64,000 nucleotides of DNA from Parvularculales bacterium (GCA_036881865.1 JBAJNM010000004.1:3736-67735), one strand, 5' to 3'. Counted from the stretch's first letter, positions 20,276 through 32,627 are shown. The notes: generated from the sequence alone by a model not told the origin. A program made the numbers and translations.

Positions 20276-22954
20276 TTATTTTGCGTCTTCCCGTGACCGA
20301 ATAATGCCTATAATAGATTCCAGTGCTTCTTCCGACCGTGTTCCATCAGGACCGCCCGCTTGTGCCATATCCGGTCGACCTCCTCCACCCTTACCCCCCA
20401 GAGCTTCTGCACCGGCTTTTACCAAATCCACGGCGCTCAAACTCCCTATCTTATCTTCTGTTACCCCCACCACCAGAGCCGCCTTACCCTTGTGAACACT
20501 CACTAACGCTACAACTCCAGAGCCTAGTTTTTGCCGCATATCATCCATCATGCCGCGCAACTCTTTGGGGTTAATACCCTGAAACTGACGGGCAATCACC
20601 GAAACACCTTCAACATCACGTACAGCCAGCGCTTCACCCTCGCCCCCCCCGGTAACCAGAGTACGGCGAGCCTCTGCTAACTCTCGCTCCAACTGACGAC
20701 GCTCCTCCAGCAAGGAACGCACCCGGTCAAACGTCCCTTCGGGCGTGATTTTAAGAAGCTGTGCTACCTCCTGCTGCGCATCCTTGTAGCGGGTAAGATG
20801 AAGACGGGCGGCCTCTCCTGTAAGAGCCTCAATGCGGCGGACTCCCGCTGAAACAGAACTCTCCCCCACAATGCAAAACAAACCAATATCACCCAAACGC
20901 TTAACATGAGTGCCACCGCATAATTCCATAGAATAGATTTGTGACTCTTCTCCCGTCTGCTCCTCTCCCATGCTCAATACCCGAACATCATTGTCATATT
21001 TTTCACCAAGAAGCGATACGGCACCGGCTTCAACCGCTTTTTCCAACGGCATAACGCGTGTTCCTACCATACCGTTTTGACGAATCTGTTTATTAATCTG
21101 TTCTTCTATTTCCTTTATTTCCATAGCCGTTACCGGCTTGCCATGACTGAAATCAAACCGTAACCGATCCGGTCCCACAAAAGATCCCTTCTGTGCAACA
21201 TGAACACCCAAAACCCTACGCAATGCTGCATTCAACAAATGGGTGGCGGAATGATTAGCCCGTGTCGGACGCCGCCAGTCATTACTAACTTCCATGGCGA
21301 GTTCATCACCAACCCGCAATGTCCCCTGCCTCACAATACCCCCATGGGCAATAACAGTCCCCACCATCTTTTGGGTATCGCAAACCTCAAAAATCAGCGA
21401 CCCCTCGCCCGCAGGCCCACTTATCACGCCCCTATCACCAATCTGACCACCAGATTCAGCATAAAAAGGTGTGCGTTCCATAACTACCAGCACCTCCGCA
21501 CCGCTATCAACCTGAGTGATGCTCTCACCCTCTTGCACAATGGCCTGAACGACGCCTGTTGCACGTTCTGTCCCATAGCCGAGAAACTCTGTTGCGCCAT
21601 GCTCCTGCGCCAACTCAAGCCAAACGGGTGCACCTGCACTATCACCCGACCCAACCCAATGCGAACGACCTGCCTCACGTTGACACTCCATGGCCTTATC
21701 AAAGCCCACTATATCTACCGCAATATCACGCTCCCGCAATACATCCTGCGTCAAATCAAGAGGAAACCCATACGTATCATAAAGAGTAAACGCAACCTCT
21801 CCCGGTAAAGCCGCACCGGATGCCAAATCATCCACCGCAGCATCCAAAAGCCGAAGTCCACGGGCCAATGTCTCCCTAAACCGCGTTTCCTCCTGTTCCA
21901 ACGTATCACGTATGACAGGCTCAGCACGCACCAACTCCGGATAGGTCTCCCCCATCTGTGATACAAGTGACGGTGTTAACCGCCACATGAAAATATCCTC
22001 AGGCATCAAAATATGAGCATGGCGCATGGCACGGCGCATAATGCGACGCAAAACATAACCCCTGCCTTCATTGCCGGGCGATACACCATCTGCAATCAGA
22101 AATCCGACAGCCCTTAAATGGTCCGCGATAACGCGATGACTGACCGTATGCTTTCCCTTAGAGGTAATACCGGATAAATCAGACGAAGCGCCAATCAACG
22201 CCTGCATTAAATCTATATCGTAATTATCGTGGACACCCTGCAAGACCGCTGCTATCCGCTCAAGCCCCATGCCCGTATCAATGGAAGGTCGAGGCAAGGT
22301 AATACGCTCCGTTTCGCTCTTTTGCTCATACTGCATGAAGACCAGATTCCATATTTCAACAAAACGGTCACCCTCTCCATCGGGGCTGCCTGGTGGCCCC
22401 CCGGGGATATCCGCCCCGTGATCATAAAAAATCTCCGAGCACGGCCCACACGGACCCGTCTTGCCCATAGACCAAAAATTATCTTGCGTGGCAATGCGCA
22501 ACAATCTGTCATCAGGTAGACCCGCCCGCTTTTTCCATAAGTTAAACGCCTCATCATCGTCAGAGTAGACCGTCACCAACAGCTTCTCTTCCGGCAGGCC
22601 AAACTCTCCGGTTATCAGTGTCCACGCCAAATCAATGGCATTTTCTTTGAAATAATCCCCGAAGGAAAAATTACCCAACATTTCAAAAAACGTGTGATGT
22701 CGCGCCGTATACCCCACATTATCTAAATCATTGTGCTTACCTCCGGCGCGTACGCATTTTTGAGAAGATACAGCTCGTGGAGAGGGAGGTTCTGTGCCAC
22801 CGGTAAAAATTGTCTTGAATGGCACCATACCCGCATTGACAAATAAAAGACTGGGGTCGTCACGAGGTACCAAAGGAGATGAGGGGATTATCTCATGCCC
22901 GCGTCCGGCAAAATAATTCAAAAAAGCCGTGCGAATGTCCTTAACGCTTGTCAT
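20276..22954 (-). CDS. alaS: Alanine--tRNA ligase
   Basis: 892 aa. Confidence 0.9.
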   Translation of the reverse strand: MTSVKDIRTAFLNYFAGRGHEIIPSSPLVPRDDPSLLFVNAGMVPFKTIFTGGTEPPSPRAVSSQKCVRAGGKHNDLDNVGYTARHHTFFEMLGNFSFGDYFKENAIDLAWTLITGEFGLPEEKLLVTVYSDDDEAFNLWKKRAGLPDDRLLRIATQDNFWSMGKTGPCGPCSEIFYDHGADIPGGPPGSPDGEGDRFVEIWNLVFMQYEQKSETERITLPRPSIDTGMGLERIAAVLQGVHDNYDIDLMQALIGASSDLSGITSKGKHTVSHRVIADHLRAVGFLIADGVSPGNEGRGYVLRRIMRRAMRHAHILMPEDIFMWRLTPSLVSQMGETYPELVRAEPVIRDTLEQEETRFRETLARGLRLLDAAVDDLASGAALPGEVAFTLYDTYGFPLDLTQDVLRERDIAVDIVGFDKAMECQREAGRSHWVGSGDSAGAPVWLELAQEHGATEFLGYGTERATGVVQAIVQEGESITQVDSGAEVLVVMERTPFYAESGGQIGDRGVISGPAGEGSLIFEVCDTQKMVGTVIAHGGIVRQGTLRVGDELAMEVSNDWRRPTRANHSATHLLNAALRRVLGVHVAQKGSFVGPDRLRFDFSHGKPVTAMEIKEIEEQINKQIRQNGMVGTRVMPLEKAVEAGAVSLLGEKYDNDVRVLSMGEEQTGEESQIYSMELCGGTHVKRLGDIGLFCIVGESSVSAGVRRIEALTGEAARLHLTRYKDAQQEVAQLLKITPEGTFDRVRSLLEERRQLERELAEARRTLVTGGGEGEALAVRDVEGVSVIARQFQGINPKELRGMMDDMRQKLGSGVVALVSVHKGKAALVVGVTEDKIGSLSAVDLVKAGAEALGGKGGGGRPDMAQAGGPDGTRSEEALESIIGIIRSREDAK

Positions 22955-23106
22955 GGTTCTTGACCCGAAAATTAAGTTTATGCTTTACGCATAAGGATAC
23001 CAGACAGACCCCATCAGGAAGCCTACCCGCACCATTCAATAGGCGCAGAGCCTACGTTAAACCATTTACTGGTCTAAGTCAGGTTTTCCAAGAACCAGGA
23101 ACCTTG

Positions 23107-24222
23107 CTAGGCGATGGAGGTTTTCTCTTCTTCGCCTTCGCCAGTCTCTTCCTCCGTAGCAGGAGCCTCCAGGATTGTCTCATCTAAAAGACCCGCATTC
23201 TGGCGAATAGCCACAGTCAACCGCTCCGCCATCTCCGGATTTTCCGTCAAGAAAGTCTTAGCATTCTCACGCCCCTGACCAATGCGCTGACTATCATAAG
23301 AATACCAAGAGCCGGATTTCTCAACCACGCCGGCCTTAACGCCCAAGTCAATCAGTTCACCGACAAAGGAGATGCCTACACCGTACATAATATCGAACTC
23401 AACAGTTCTAAAGGGAGGGGCCAATTTATTTTTCACAACCTTCACGCGGGTTTGATTGCCGACGATTTCATCGCGCTCTTTGATGGCACCTATGCGGCGA
23501 ATATCCAGCCGCATAGAAGAGTAAAACTTAAGAGCGTTCCCTCCTGTGGTGGTCTCCGGGCTCCCAAACATGACACCAATTTTCATGCGAATCTGGTTGA
23601 TGAAAATAACGGTGCATCTGGATTTTGAAATAGAGGCAGTTAGTTTCCGTAAGGCCTGACTCATCAACCGCGCTTGCGAACCAGGGAGGCTATCGCCCAT
23701 TTCGCCATCTAGTTCAGCCCGTGGTGTGAGGGCGGCAACAGAATCTACAACGACAACGTCCACCGCACCTGAGCGTACCAGCGTGTCGGTGATTTCCAGT
23801 GCCTGCTCGCCGTGATCTGGTTGTGAAATCAGTAATTCATCCAAATCAATGCCAAGTTTGCGGGCATAAGCCGGATCCAGCGCGTGTTCGGCATCTACAA
23901 AGGCGCACACGCCGCCAGTCTTTTGCGCTTCTGCTACGATATGCAGAGCCAGTGTTGTTTTGCCGGATGACTCCGGCCCGTAAATCTCAACTACACGCCC
24001 TCGTGGCACACCTCCAATACCTAAGGCTATATCAAGCCCCAGCGAGCCGGTTGGTATGGTTTCAATCTCTATCTGAGAACCACTCTGTCCAAGTTTCATC
24101 AAAGAGCCTTTGCCAAAAGCACGTTCAATCTGGCTTAAAGCGGCATCCAGAGCCTTCTTTTTGTCATTCATGTTTGTATCATCAACAAGGTGTAAATCTG
24201 TACGAGTGCTAGAACGGGACAT
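23107..24222 (-). CDS. recA: Recombinase RecA
   Basis: Walker A motif GPESSGKTT; an AAGAGGAGA RBS sits before the ATG at 24222. Confidence 0.9.
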   Translation of the reverse strand: MSRSSTRTDLHLVDDTNMNDKKKALDAALSQIERAFGKGSLMKLGQSGSQIEIETIPTGSLGLDIALGIGGVPRGRVVEIYGPESSGKTTLALHIVAEAQKTGGVCAFVDAEHALDPAYARKLGIDLDELLISQPDHGEQALEITDTLVRSGAVDVVVVDSVAALTPRAELDGEMGDSLPGSQARLMSQALRKLTASISKSRCTVIFINQIRMKIGVMFGSPETTTGGNALKFYSSMRLDIRRIGAIKERDEIVGNQTRVKVVKNKLAPPFRTVEFDIMYGVGISFVGELIDLGVKAGVVEKSGSWYSYDSQRIGQGRENAKTFLTENPEMAERLTVAIRQNAGLLDETILEAPATEEETGEGEEEKTSIA

Positions 24223-24285
24223 GGGGTCTCTCCTCTTATTACATAGCTGGGACGATGCGTAAAACTATCTCCGCATGAGCTTTTT

Positions 24286-24300
24286 GTACACTTTTTGTTC
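24286..24300. promoter_or_regulatory. Alpha-type LexA (SOS) box variant GTAC-N7-GTTC upstream of recA
   Basis: Read directly. It has one mismatch to the GTTC-N7-GTTC consensus and lies about 65 nt upstream of the recA start. Confidence 0.45.
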
Positions 24301-24350
24301 TCCATTGTCAACACGCCTAACCTATTGAAAAAAAATAAGTAATTAAAAAT

Positions 24351-24365
24351 GTTCCAGATATGTTC
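24351..24365. promoter_or_regulatory. Alpha-type LexA (SOS) box GTTC-cagatat-GTTC upstream of recA
   Basis: Read directly. It is a perfect GTTC-N7-GTTC direct repeat about 130 nt upstream of recA. Confidence 0.6.
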
Positions 24366-24710
24366 TTGTTATGCTGCATCCGGACGGAGATTTTACGCCC
24401 CTGGCCAATTATCTGATTCCCAACCCCTCACTTTCCGGCATACCCCACGTTCACTTTGAACATCGGAGACTGAACGGTTTAGATAACAAAGACACCCCCC
24501 ACTCATCATCGTCCGAAAAAATTGGAAAACTCTCCCAAACATTTAAGACTCCAACACCCATGTGCTGATTGTATATAATATATACGTTCGGATTCTGTAA
24601 TCTCTCCTCCCGCACCGGATAGTAGCACCCACACAACCCACACACACGATTTCTCCTTGGCGGAGGGAGCAGGCTAGGATAAAGTGCCGCCTGATAATAA
24701 TCATACGGCT

Positions 24711-24734
24711 AAATGACCATTAAAATGACCATTA
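24711..24734. repeat. Perfect tandem 12-mer (AAATGACCATTA x2) immediately upstream of the moxR RBS
   Basis: Read directly. It is a candidate operator for the MoxR-VWA operon. Confidence 0.5.
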
Positions 24735-24747
24735 ACAGGAAATCTCA

Positions 24748-25593
24748 ATGAAGTTTGAAGGTACAAAAAATTACATTGCTACAGAAGACCTGCGCGTTGC
24801 AGTAAACGCCTCTATCACCCTTGAGCGGCCCTTGCTCATCAAGGGTGAACCGGGAACGGGTAAAACCGTACTGGCAGAAGAGGTCGCCAAATCGCTGGGT
24901 CTTGACCTCCTCACCTGGCATATTAAATCCACTACCAAGGCTCAGCATGGTCTTTACGAGTATGATGCCATCACGCGTCTGCGGGACTCGCAACTAGGCG
25001 ACGAACGCGTCAAGGACGTGAAGAACTATATCCATCGTGGCCGCCTTTGGGATGCCTTTGATGCCTCCTCACGCCTCGTTTTACTGATTGACGAAATTGA
25101 TAAAGCAGACATTGAGTTTCCCAACGACTTGCTACAAGAACTGGACCGCATGGAGTTTTTCGTCCATGAGACAGGCGAGACTATCCACGCCCGTCAACGT
25201 CCCATTGTCATCATCACCTCCAATAACGAAAAAGAACTACCGGATGCCTTCCTGCGGCGGTGCTTCTTCCATTACATAAGATTTCCCGATACAGAAACCA
25301 TGCAGCAGATTGTTGATGTCCACTTTCCGGGACTCAAATCCAGGCTTGTAGCCGAAGCCCTCAAGGTGTTTTATGAAATCCGTGAAGCGCCCGGCCTTAA
25401 GAAAAAGCCCTCCACCTCAGAACTACTAGACTGGCTTAAACTGCTACTCAGCGAAGATATTTCTCCGGAGATTTTGCGCGAGCGGGACCCCACGAAGTTG
25501 ATACCACCTCTTCACGGTGCTCTGCTCAAAAACGAACAAGACGTTCACCTGTTTGAACGCCTTGCCTTTCTCGCCCGAAGGGAGAGAAATTAG
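24748..25593 (+). CDS. MoxR-family AAA+ ATPase (CoxD-like)
   Basis: Walker A GEPGTGKT and Walker B LLIDEIDK. Confidence 0.8.
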   Translation: MKFEGTKNYIATEDLRVAVNASITLERPLLIKGEPGTGKTVLAEEVAKSLGLDLLTWHIKSTTKAQHGLYEYDAITRLRDSQLGDERVKDVKNYIHRGRLWDAFDASSRLVLLIDEIDKADIEFPNDLLQELDRMEFFVHETGETIHARQRPIVIITSNNEKELPDAFLRRCFFHYIRFPDTETMQQIVDVHFPGLKSRLVAEALKVFYEIREAPGLKKKPSTSELLDWLKLLLSEDISPEILRERDPTKLIPPLHGALLKNEQDVHLFERLAFLARRERN

Positions 25594-25717
25594 AAAACTG
25601 TTGAAGTTTTAAAGCAACGCACCATTCATGGAAGAGCGAACTTGACACAGAACCAGAGAAATCATCATTATTGTGGATGGTTCGTATATAGCTTGGATTA
25701 TGGCGTAGGGGTATCCT

Positions 25718-26908
25718 ATGTTTGTTGACTTTTTCCATGAATTGCGTCGTGCCAGTGTGCCGGTCTCCCTGCGGGAATACCTAACCCTGCTGGAGGCGGT
25801 AGACGCCGATATCATTCACCGCAACGTAGAGGACTTCTACTATCTCTCCCGTTCGGCACTGGTAAAAGACGAACGCAACCTAGACCGCTTTGACAGAGTG
25901 TTTTCCCATGTCTTCCGAGGGCTGGACTCCCCGGATAATGATGAAGTTGCCGAAATCCCTGAAGAATGGCTCAAAGCCCTCACGGAAAAATTTCTTACCG
26001 AAGAAGAAAAAGCAGAAATTGAATCTCTCGGTGGCTGGGAAAAAATCATGGAGACTCTGCGCAAGCGTCTTGAAGAGCAAGAAAAACGTCACGAAGGCGG
26101 CAATAAATGGATAGGAACCGGCGGCACCTCTCCCTTTGGCGCTCAGGGCTATAACCCGGAAGGTGTGCGCATCGGTCAGGAGAAAGGCCGTCACGGCAAG
26201 GCCATTAAAGTTTGGGACAAGCGGGAATACCGCAACCTTGACGACACAGTGGAACTCGGAACCCGCAACATCAAAATGGCTCTGCGTCATTTGCGTCGAT
26301 TTGCACGGGCAGGCGCACCGGAAGTGCTGGATTTGGATGATACCATCCGCTCAACTGCCAACTCGGGCTATCTGGATATCAAACTTATACCGGAACGGCG
26401 CAATGCTATTAAAGTTTTGCTGTTTTTTGATATCGGCGGCTCCATGGATGGCCACATCAAACTATGTGAGGAACTCTTTTCTGCTGCGCGGATGGAATTC
26501 AAAAACATGGAGTATTTCTACTTCCACAACTGCCTCTATGAAGACGTCTGGAAGGATAATCGACGGCGATATTCGGAAAAAATACCAACATGGGATGTGC
26601 TCCACAAATATCCGTCCGACTACAAAGTAATCTTCGTAGGCGACGCCAGTATGAGCCCCTATGAAATCACATACGCAGGAGGCTCTGTAGAGCACTGGAA
26701 TGAAGAACCGGGCGGCCTATGGATTGACCGCGTTGCCCAGACTTACGAAAGCGTTGTATGGCTTAATCCGGTGGCGACAAAACACTGGGATCATACGCCG
26801 TCCATTCAGCTAATCCAGCAACTGATCGGAGATCGCATGTTTCCTCTCACCCTTGGTGGTCTGGATGAAGCCATGCGAGAACTACGCCGCCATAACACTT
26901 TAGGATAA
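25718..26908 (+). CDS. VWA domain-containing protein (CoxE-like partner of MoxR)
   Basis: 396 aa. The C-terminal VWA region (LLFFDIGGSMDG) carries a DxGxS MIDAS-like motif. Confidence 0.75.
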   Translation: MFVDFFHELRRASVPVSLREYLTLLEAVDADIIHRNVEDFYYLSRSALVKDERNLDRFDRVFSHVFRGLDSPDNDEVAEIPEEWLKALTEKFLTEEEKAEIESLGGWEKIMETLRKRLEEQEKRHEGGNKWIGTGGTSPFGAQGYNPEGVRIGQEKGRHGKAIKVWDKREYRNLDDTVELGTRNIKMALRHLRRFARAGAPEVLDLDDTIRSTANSGYLDIKLIPERRNAIKVLLFFDIGGSMDGHIKLCEELFSAARMEFKNMEYFYFHNCLYEDVWKDNRRRYSEKIPTWDVLHKYPSDYKVIFVGDASMSPYEITYAGGSVEHWNEEPGGLWIDRVAQTYESVVWLNPVATKHWDHTPSIQLIQQLIGDRMFPLTLGGLDEAMRELRRHNTLG

Positions 26909-26928
26909 ATCTGAAGAAGTACTTTCAT

Positions 26929-27642
26929 ATGATAGATATTAATTTTAATGTTTTTTCTGATACGCCTGAGGGAAAAGATCCGGATTCTCATAGTCCTACA
27001 CTTAGAAAGTATCATCAAATTCTATGGAATAAAAAATTACCTAACGGTAAGAATTTTAAATTAGATCTTGATACCCCAAAATTACTTCACCACAAATCAG
27101 ATTTAGGGGAATTTTATTTATCAAGTGATCAGATCACAAATACTTATAGTGACGTAAAAAAGATGTCACATATAATCAATCAACTCACGCATGATGAAAT
27201 CAATAGTTTTTCTTCTATTCGTGCCACAATTGCAGGACATATGATTTTTCCATCAAAAAAAATTGATAACAAAATGACAATTAATGGCGCTAGAGGATGG
27301 GATCGTAAAATACAAGATAGATTTGATCTTACCTTAGAATGTATCAGACTTTTTTATATGAAAAAAAGCAGTCCATTAAGTGACGTATTTCAGCGTTATT
27401 CCTCTTTCTTTTTACTCTTTGATAATTTTAAAGGGTATGTGGATTTTTTTCTTTTACAAGATTTAGTTGATCAAGATTATGCCTCAATCAAGTTTTGGCA
27501 TCCTTTTACTGGTTTTCAAGATTCTCCACTGCCCCAAAATGCATCAGAGTATCGTGAGTATAGAAATAGAGTTATAAAACTTTTAAATGGACGAAATCAA
27601 AGAGTTTTAGAATTTTGTAGGAATATGCCTACCGCTCAATAA
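26929..27642 (+). CDS. Hypothetical protein, AT-rich orphan; no recognisable domain
   Basis: 237 aa, clean ORF, rich in F/Y/K/N. There is a 20-nt gap after the VWA gene. Its GC is much lower than the flanks. Confidence 0.5.
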   Translation: MIDINFNVFSDTPEGKDPDSHSPTLRKYHQILWNKKLPNGKNFKLDLDTPKLLHHKSDLGEFYLSSDQITNTYSDVKKMSHIINQLTHDEINSFSSIRATIAGHMIFPSKKIDNKMTINGARGWDRKIQDRFDLTLECIRLFYMKKSSPLSDVFQRYSSFFLLFDNFKGYVDFFLLQDLVDQDYASIKFWHPFTGFQDSPLPQNASEYREYRNRVIKLLNGRNQRVLEFCRNMPTAQ

Positions 27643-27735
27643 TCTGTCCCTATGGTTTGATCCAGTTTAGATTTTAATTATAGTGTCATACATGCTTCTT
27701 AGCGTATGCCAACCATCACTAAAATATTTACTACA

Positions 27736-28356
27736 TTAACGAGCCATAGCCACTCCCCAATAATTAAATCCGGCAAAGCGGGGTGTTGAGGGCAGGTACA
27801 TAGTCTCCATGGACTCTGCTTTGAAGCCATTGCCCTCTATAAGATTAGGAATATTTCGATTAAGATGACATCCGCCCGCAATACGACGCCATAAAGGCGT
27901 TATGCGAGACTGCCAACGACGCACATTTTCATCCGGTGCACGGCCATGTTCGCAAAAAACCAGACGACCGCCCGGCTTTAACACTCTACGCATTTGATCA
28001 AGGGCTTTTTCAGGTTCCGGAATAGTGCACAAGGTGTAGGTTAGCATTACGGTGTCAACGCTGTCGTTTTCCAGAGGAATTTCTTCTCCCGGAAGACCTA
28101 TAAACTCCACGTCAAAAGAAAGCTCCTCTGCACGTTTTTTGGCCATCGCTCTTAACTCACCAGACGGGTCAAGACCTATAACCCGATTAATCCGTGCCGC
28201 ATCATAAAACGGCAAATTAAGCCCCGACCCAATACCAACCTCCAGCACTAGCCCCTCTGCCAGAGGTACAACTTTCTGACGTTGATAGCGCACCGGCTTG
28301 CTACCACAAGCCAAATCAAGAACATGCGGTAATATCCAGCGTTGATAAATCCCCAT
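27736..28356 (-). CDS. Class I SAM-dependent methyltransferase (Methyltransf_11)
   Basis: Motifs LEVGIGSGLNL and LKPGGRLVF. Confidence 0.7.
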   Translation of the reverse strand: MGIYQRWILPHVLDLACGSKPVRYQRQKVVPLAEGLVLEVGIGSGLNLPFYDAARINRVIGLDPSGELRAMAKKRAEELSFDVEFIGLPGEEIPLENDSVDTVMLTYTLCTIPEPEKALDQMRRVLKPGGRLVFCEHGRAPDENVRRWQSRITPLWRRIAGGCHLNRNIPNLIEGNGFKAESMETMYLPSTPRFAGFNYWGVAMAR

Positions 28357-28434
28357 CGTCCCGTCTCCTTTTCTGTCTTTCAGTGCACTCTTTAGAACAC
28401 GTACAAGTCCGGAAGGCTAAACAATAGAGACACT

Positions 28435-29481
<1,047 letters not shown>

Positions 29482-29665
29482 CTACAAACATTATTACACA
29501 TTATTAGTGTTAATTATACTATTTCCCACTTTCAAACTGTTTATACAGCGAAAACCTTCTCACTTCAAGACTCCTTTGGATACCTCTCACCTTACACCCC
29601 AGAGATAGGTGTTTACGTGGCCTATCCATGCCATACTCACAGGCAAATAGAGGAGTATATACACC

Positions 29666-30580
29666 ATGGTCGCCTCCATTCCTTTCGTGCGTGACATTAA
29701 CTTTGAATATGGCCGATGCGATAGGCTATCACCTCTCATTCGACGAGTGATTGCCAACAATCCCGGCCCGTTTACCTATACAGGAACCGGCACTTATATT
29801 ATTGGCGAGGGAGAGGTTGCCGTCATTGACCCGGGCCCGCTTCTTGATGAACACATTGACGCTATTATGGCTGCCCTCGGCCCTAACGAGCGCATCACGC
29901 ATATTCCTATCACTCATACCCATAGCGACCACTCTCCGGCGGCAGCGCCCCTTAAAGAGCGCACCAGTGCTTTGACCTGTGGATTCGGTGCCCATGGTCA
30001 AAAGCGTAGCAGCGATGAAACTGTGAGCACTCACGAAGAAGGGATTGATGGGGAGTTTACACCTGACGTGATTATGCAGGATGGCGATAGCATAAGTGGT
30101 GCGGGTTGGACGTTAGAAGCTGTCCACACACCAGGTCATACATCCAATCATTTGTGCTTTGCCCTGCGTGAAGAAAAGGCTCTGTTTTCAGGAGATCATG
30201 TTATGGGCTGGTCAACAAGCGTCATTGGCCCGCCAGATGGCAATATGCAGCACTATATGGCCTCGCTTCAGCGCTTGCTGTTACGTGATGATGTTATTTT
30301 CTGGCCCACTCACGGCCCGCCCATCACCGACCCAAAAAACTTTGTGCAAGCATTTATTGCTCATCGTGAAGAGCGTGAAGCTCAAATCATGGCGCGCCTT
30401 GAGGCAGGCGATAATCTCATCACCGATATTGTAGCTGCCCTCTATCAGCACGTAGACAAACGCCTCCATGGCGCTGCCGCCTATTCGGTTCTAGCCCACA
30501 TGGAACATTTGGTAGCCAAGCAACAAGTGTTATGTGAAGACACGCGCCTCGGCCTTAAAAGCCACTACCGGTTGCCTTAA
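29666..30580 (+). CDS. MBL-fold metallo-hydrolase
   Basis: Contains the HxHxDH motif (THTHSDHS). Confidence 0.75.
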   Translation: MVASIPFVRDINFEYGRCDRLSPLIRRVIANNPGPFTYTGTGTYIIGEGEVAVIDPGPLLDEHIDAIMAALGPNERITHIPITHTHSDHSPAAAPLKERTSALTCGFGAHGQKRSSDETVSTHEEGIDGEFTPDVIMQDGDSISGAGWTLEAVHTPGHTSNHLCFALREEKALFSGDHVMGWSTSVIGPPDGNMQHYMASLQRLLLRDDVIFWPTHGPPITDPKNFVQAFIAHREEREAQIMARLEAGDNLITDIVAALYQHVDKRLHGAAAYSVLAHMEHLVAKQQVLCEDTRLGLKSHYRLP

Positions 30581-31823
30581 GGGGCACACACACCGCACTG
30601 CTTTCTTCGCTAACCTCCCACAACCCCATCTCGTGCCATAGTGATGCCAGAGCATTTACCAGATGTTCCATCAGTCCATCATTATGGAGAGGCGAGGGCG
30701 TTAAACGAATACGTTCTGTGCCCCTTGGCACTGTTGGATAATTGATAGGCTGCACATAAATGCCATGGTTCATCATCAACCTATCGCAGATAAGTCGGGT
30801 ACGTTCAGGACAACCCACAATAACCGGCACGATATGAGTATCCCCCCTCATAAAGGGTATTCCCTCCTCGTGGAGCATCTCTTTTAAGCGCTCTGCCCGC
30901 TCCTGATTCTGAAGACGTAACCCATGGTTCTCACGCACATAGCGCACACTGGCCAGAGCCGCACCGGCAACCGAAGGTGGCAGAGATGTTGTGAAAATAA
31001 ACTCCGGCGCATAGCCGCGTATAGCATCTACCAAAACCTCTGATGCGGTAATATATCCCCCCATGCAGCCAAACGCCTTGGCTAACGTGCCTTCAATAAC
31101 ATCAAAACGGTGCGCCACCCCATCCCGCTCTGAAACCCCGCCACCACGCTCTCCATAAAGGCCAACCGCATGAACTTCGTCTAAGTATGTCATGGCTCCA
31201 TATCTGTCAGCCAAGTCACAAATATGCGGCAAGGGCGATATATCCCCATCCATAGAATAAACCGACTCGCAGACAATCAACTTTGCCCGCTCCGGCGGTA
31301 CTCGCATCAAAAGATGCTCCAACGCCCCCATATCACGATGGGGATAGATGTGTTTTTCCACACCTGAACGACGAATGCCATCAATCATAGAAGCGTGATT
31401 CAATTCATCAGAAAAGACAACACAATCCGGCAACAGTTTGGCTATCACAGACAAGCTAGCCACATTCGAAACATAGCCCGACGTAAAAACCAACGCCGCT
31501 GCTTTGTCATGTAAAGACGCTAATTCTTGCTCCAATTCTACAATCATATGATGAGTACCGGAAATGTTGCGGGTGCCACCGGAGCCTACCCCCATGCACT
31601 GCACTGCTGTACAGGCGGCGTCCATGATGATTGGATTTTGTCCCTGTCCCAGATAATCGTTGGAGCACCAGACTACGACTTTGTCCGGACCGGCCCCATG
31701 ATTACGGGCACGAGGGAAATCTCCCGCTATACGTTCAATATGGGCAAAGGTACGATAGCGGCGTTCATTATGCAGATCGTCAACAGCATTCTGAAATGAT
31801 TGCTGATAGTGACTGGACTTCAT
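30555..31823 (-). CDS. hemA: 5-aminolevulinate synthase
   Basis: 422 aa, PLP fold, with an ALAS-like N-terminus ([18 protein letters not shown]). Confidence 0.9.
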   Translation of the reverse strand: MKSSHYQQSFQNAVDDLHNERRYRTFAHIERIAGDFPRARNHGAGPDKVVVWCSNDYLGQGQNPIIMDAACTAVQCMGVGSGGTRNISGTHHMIVELEQELASLHDKAAALVFTSGYVSNVASLSVIAKLLPDCVVFSDELNHASMIDGIRRSGVEKHIYPHRDMGALEHLLMRVPPERAKLIVCESVYSMDGDISPLPHICDLADRYGAMTYLDEVHAVGLYGERGGGVSERDGVAHRFDVIEGTLAKAFGCMGGYITASEVLVDAIRGYAPEFIFTTSLPPSVAGAALASVRYVRENHGLRLQNQERAERLKEMLHEEGIPFMRGDTHIVPVIVGCPERTRLICDRLMMNHGIYVQPINYPTVPRGTERIRLTPSPLHNDGLMEHLVNALASLWHEMGLWEVSEESSAVCVPLKATGSGF

Positions 31824-31886
31824 CGGAGACGTTTCCTTTCTATTGGAGCTTTAATCTATGAGATTGGATAACCGGTTTCTATTGTC

Positions 31887-32627
31887 CTACGTCCCTAAAC
31901 GCATGGTGAGAGCCGCAAAGATGTCCCGAATACGCCTCGCATTAGTTCCTAAATCACTTTCCCCCTGACGGGAGGCAGAACGGATGTCAACAATGGCTTC
32001 GCCATTGTCTCCTTCTCGCACCCGCACCACAACATCATCCTTAAACCCCATAATCGGCGTGATAGCTACCGCCTCAATGCTGCCCCGCGACGGCTCCGTC
32101 GCAATGATTTTCAACTCCATATCTGCAAGGGTCTCCAATGCAGCATCAAAGACTATGCCCGGGTGCCGAGAAATAAAAAGCGGAGATAAATCAGGATAAC
32201 CCTCCATCTGCAAAGCGGCATCCTCTGGCGTTATAGTATTGACGACCTCATGGTCTGCTGGCCCCCGCATGGTGCGGGCAGTAACAAATTCGGGCGGCTC
32301 TGCAAGATCTGTAGAAATATCATGTATGGGGGGCACATCAAGCCCCCGCACCACAGCGCGAGCGGGCACGAACCCAACCACCATCGCTAAAATAATAGCA
32401 AGCACTGCCCGACGACGGTTCGCTGAGTCATGCACCAATCCCCATAGGCCCAAAACCAGACCCACAAGTGCTAACACAAAAACACCTGCTGCCAACCCTA
32501 GCACCGTTCCGAGGCCTACTCCCCCCGTGCGCATTAGCACTACCACCAGCACCCCTAACAGAAGTGCCATAATAGCACTCCTCAAAGACCATTGCGCGCT
32601 GAAGTTCATCTTGCTTGTATCTCTCAT
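31887..32627 (-). CDS. DUF1499 domain membrane protein
   Basis: N-terminal TM helices followed by a DUF1499-like soluble part. Confidence 0.55.
   Translation of the reverse strand: MRDTSKMNFSAQWSLRSAIMALLLGVLVVVLMRTGGVGLGTVLGLAAGVFVLALVGLVLGLWGLVHDSANRRRAVLAIILAMVVGFVPARAVVRGLDVPPIHDISTDLAEPPEFVTARTMRGPADHEVVNTITPEDAALQMEGYPDLSPLFISRHPGIVFDAALETLADMELKIIATEPSRGSIEAVAITPIMGFKDDVVVRVREGDNGEAIVDIRSASRQGESDLGTNARRIRDIFAALTMRLGT

Noticed and set aside
24371-24568. A 65-aa ORF in the recA-moxR intergenic region.
   Set aside because: It has no RBS, a low-complexity Pro/Ser composition, and lies in the SOS-box and promoter region of recA. It is likely non-coding.
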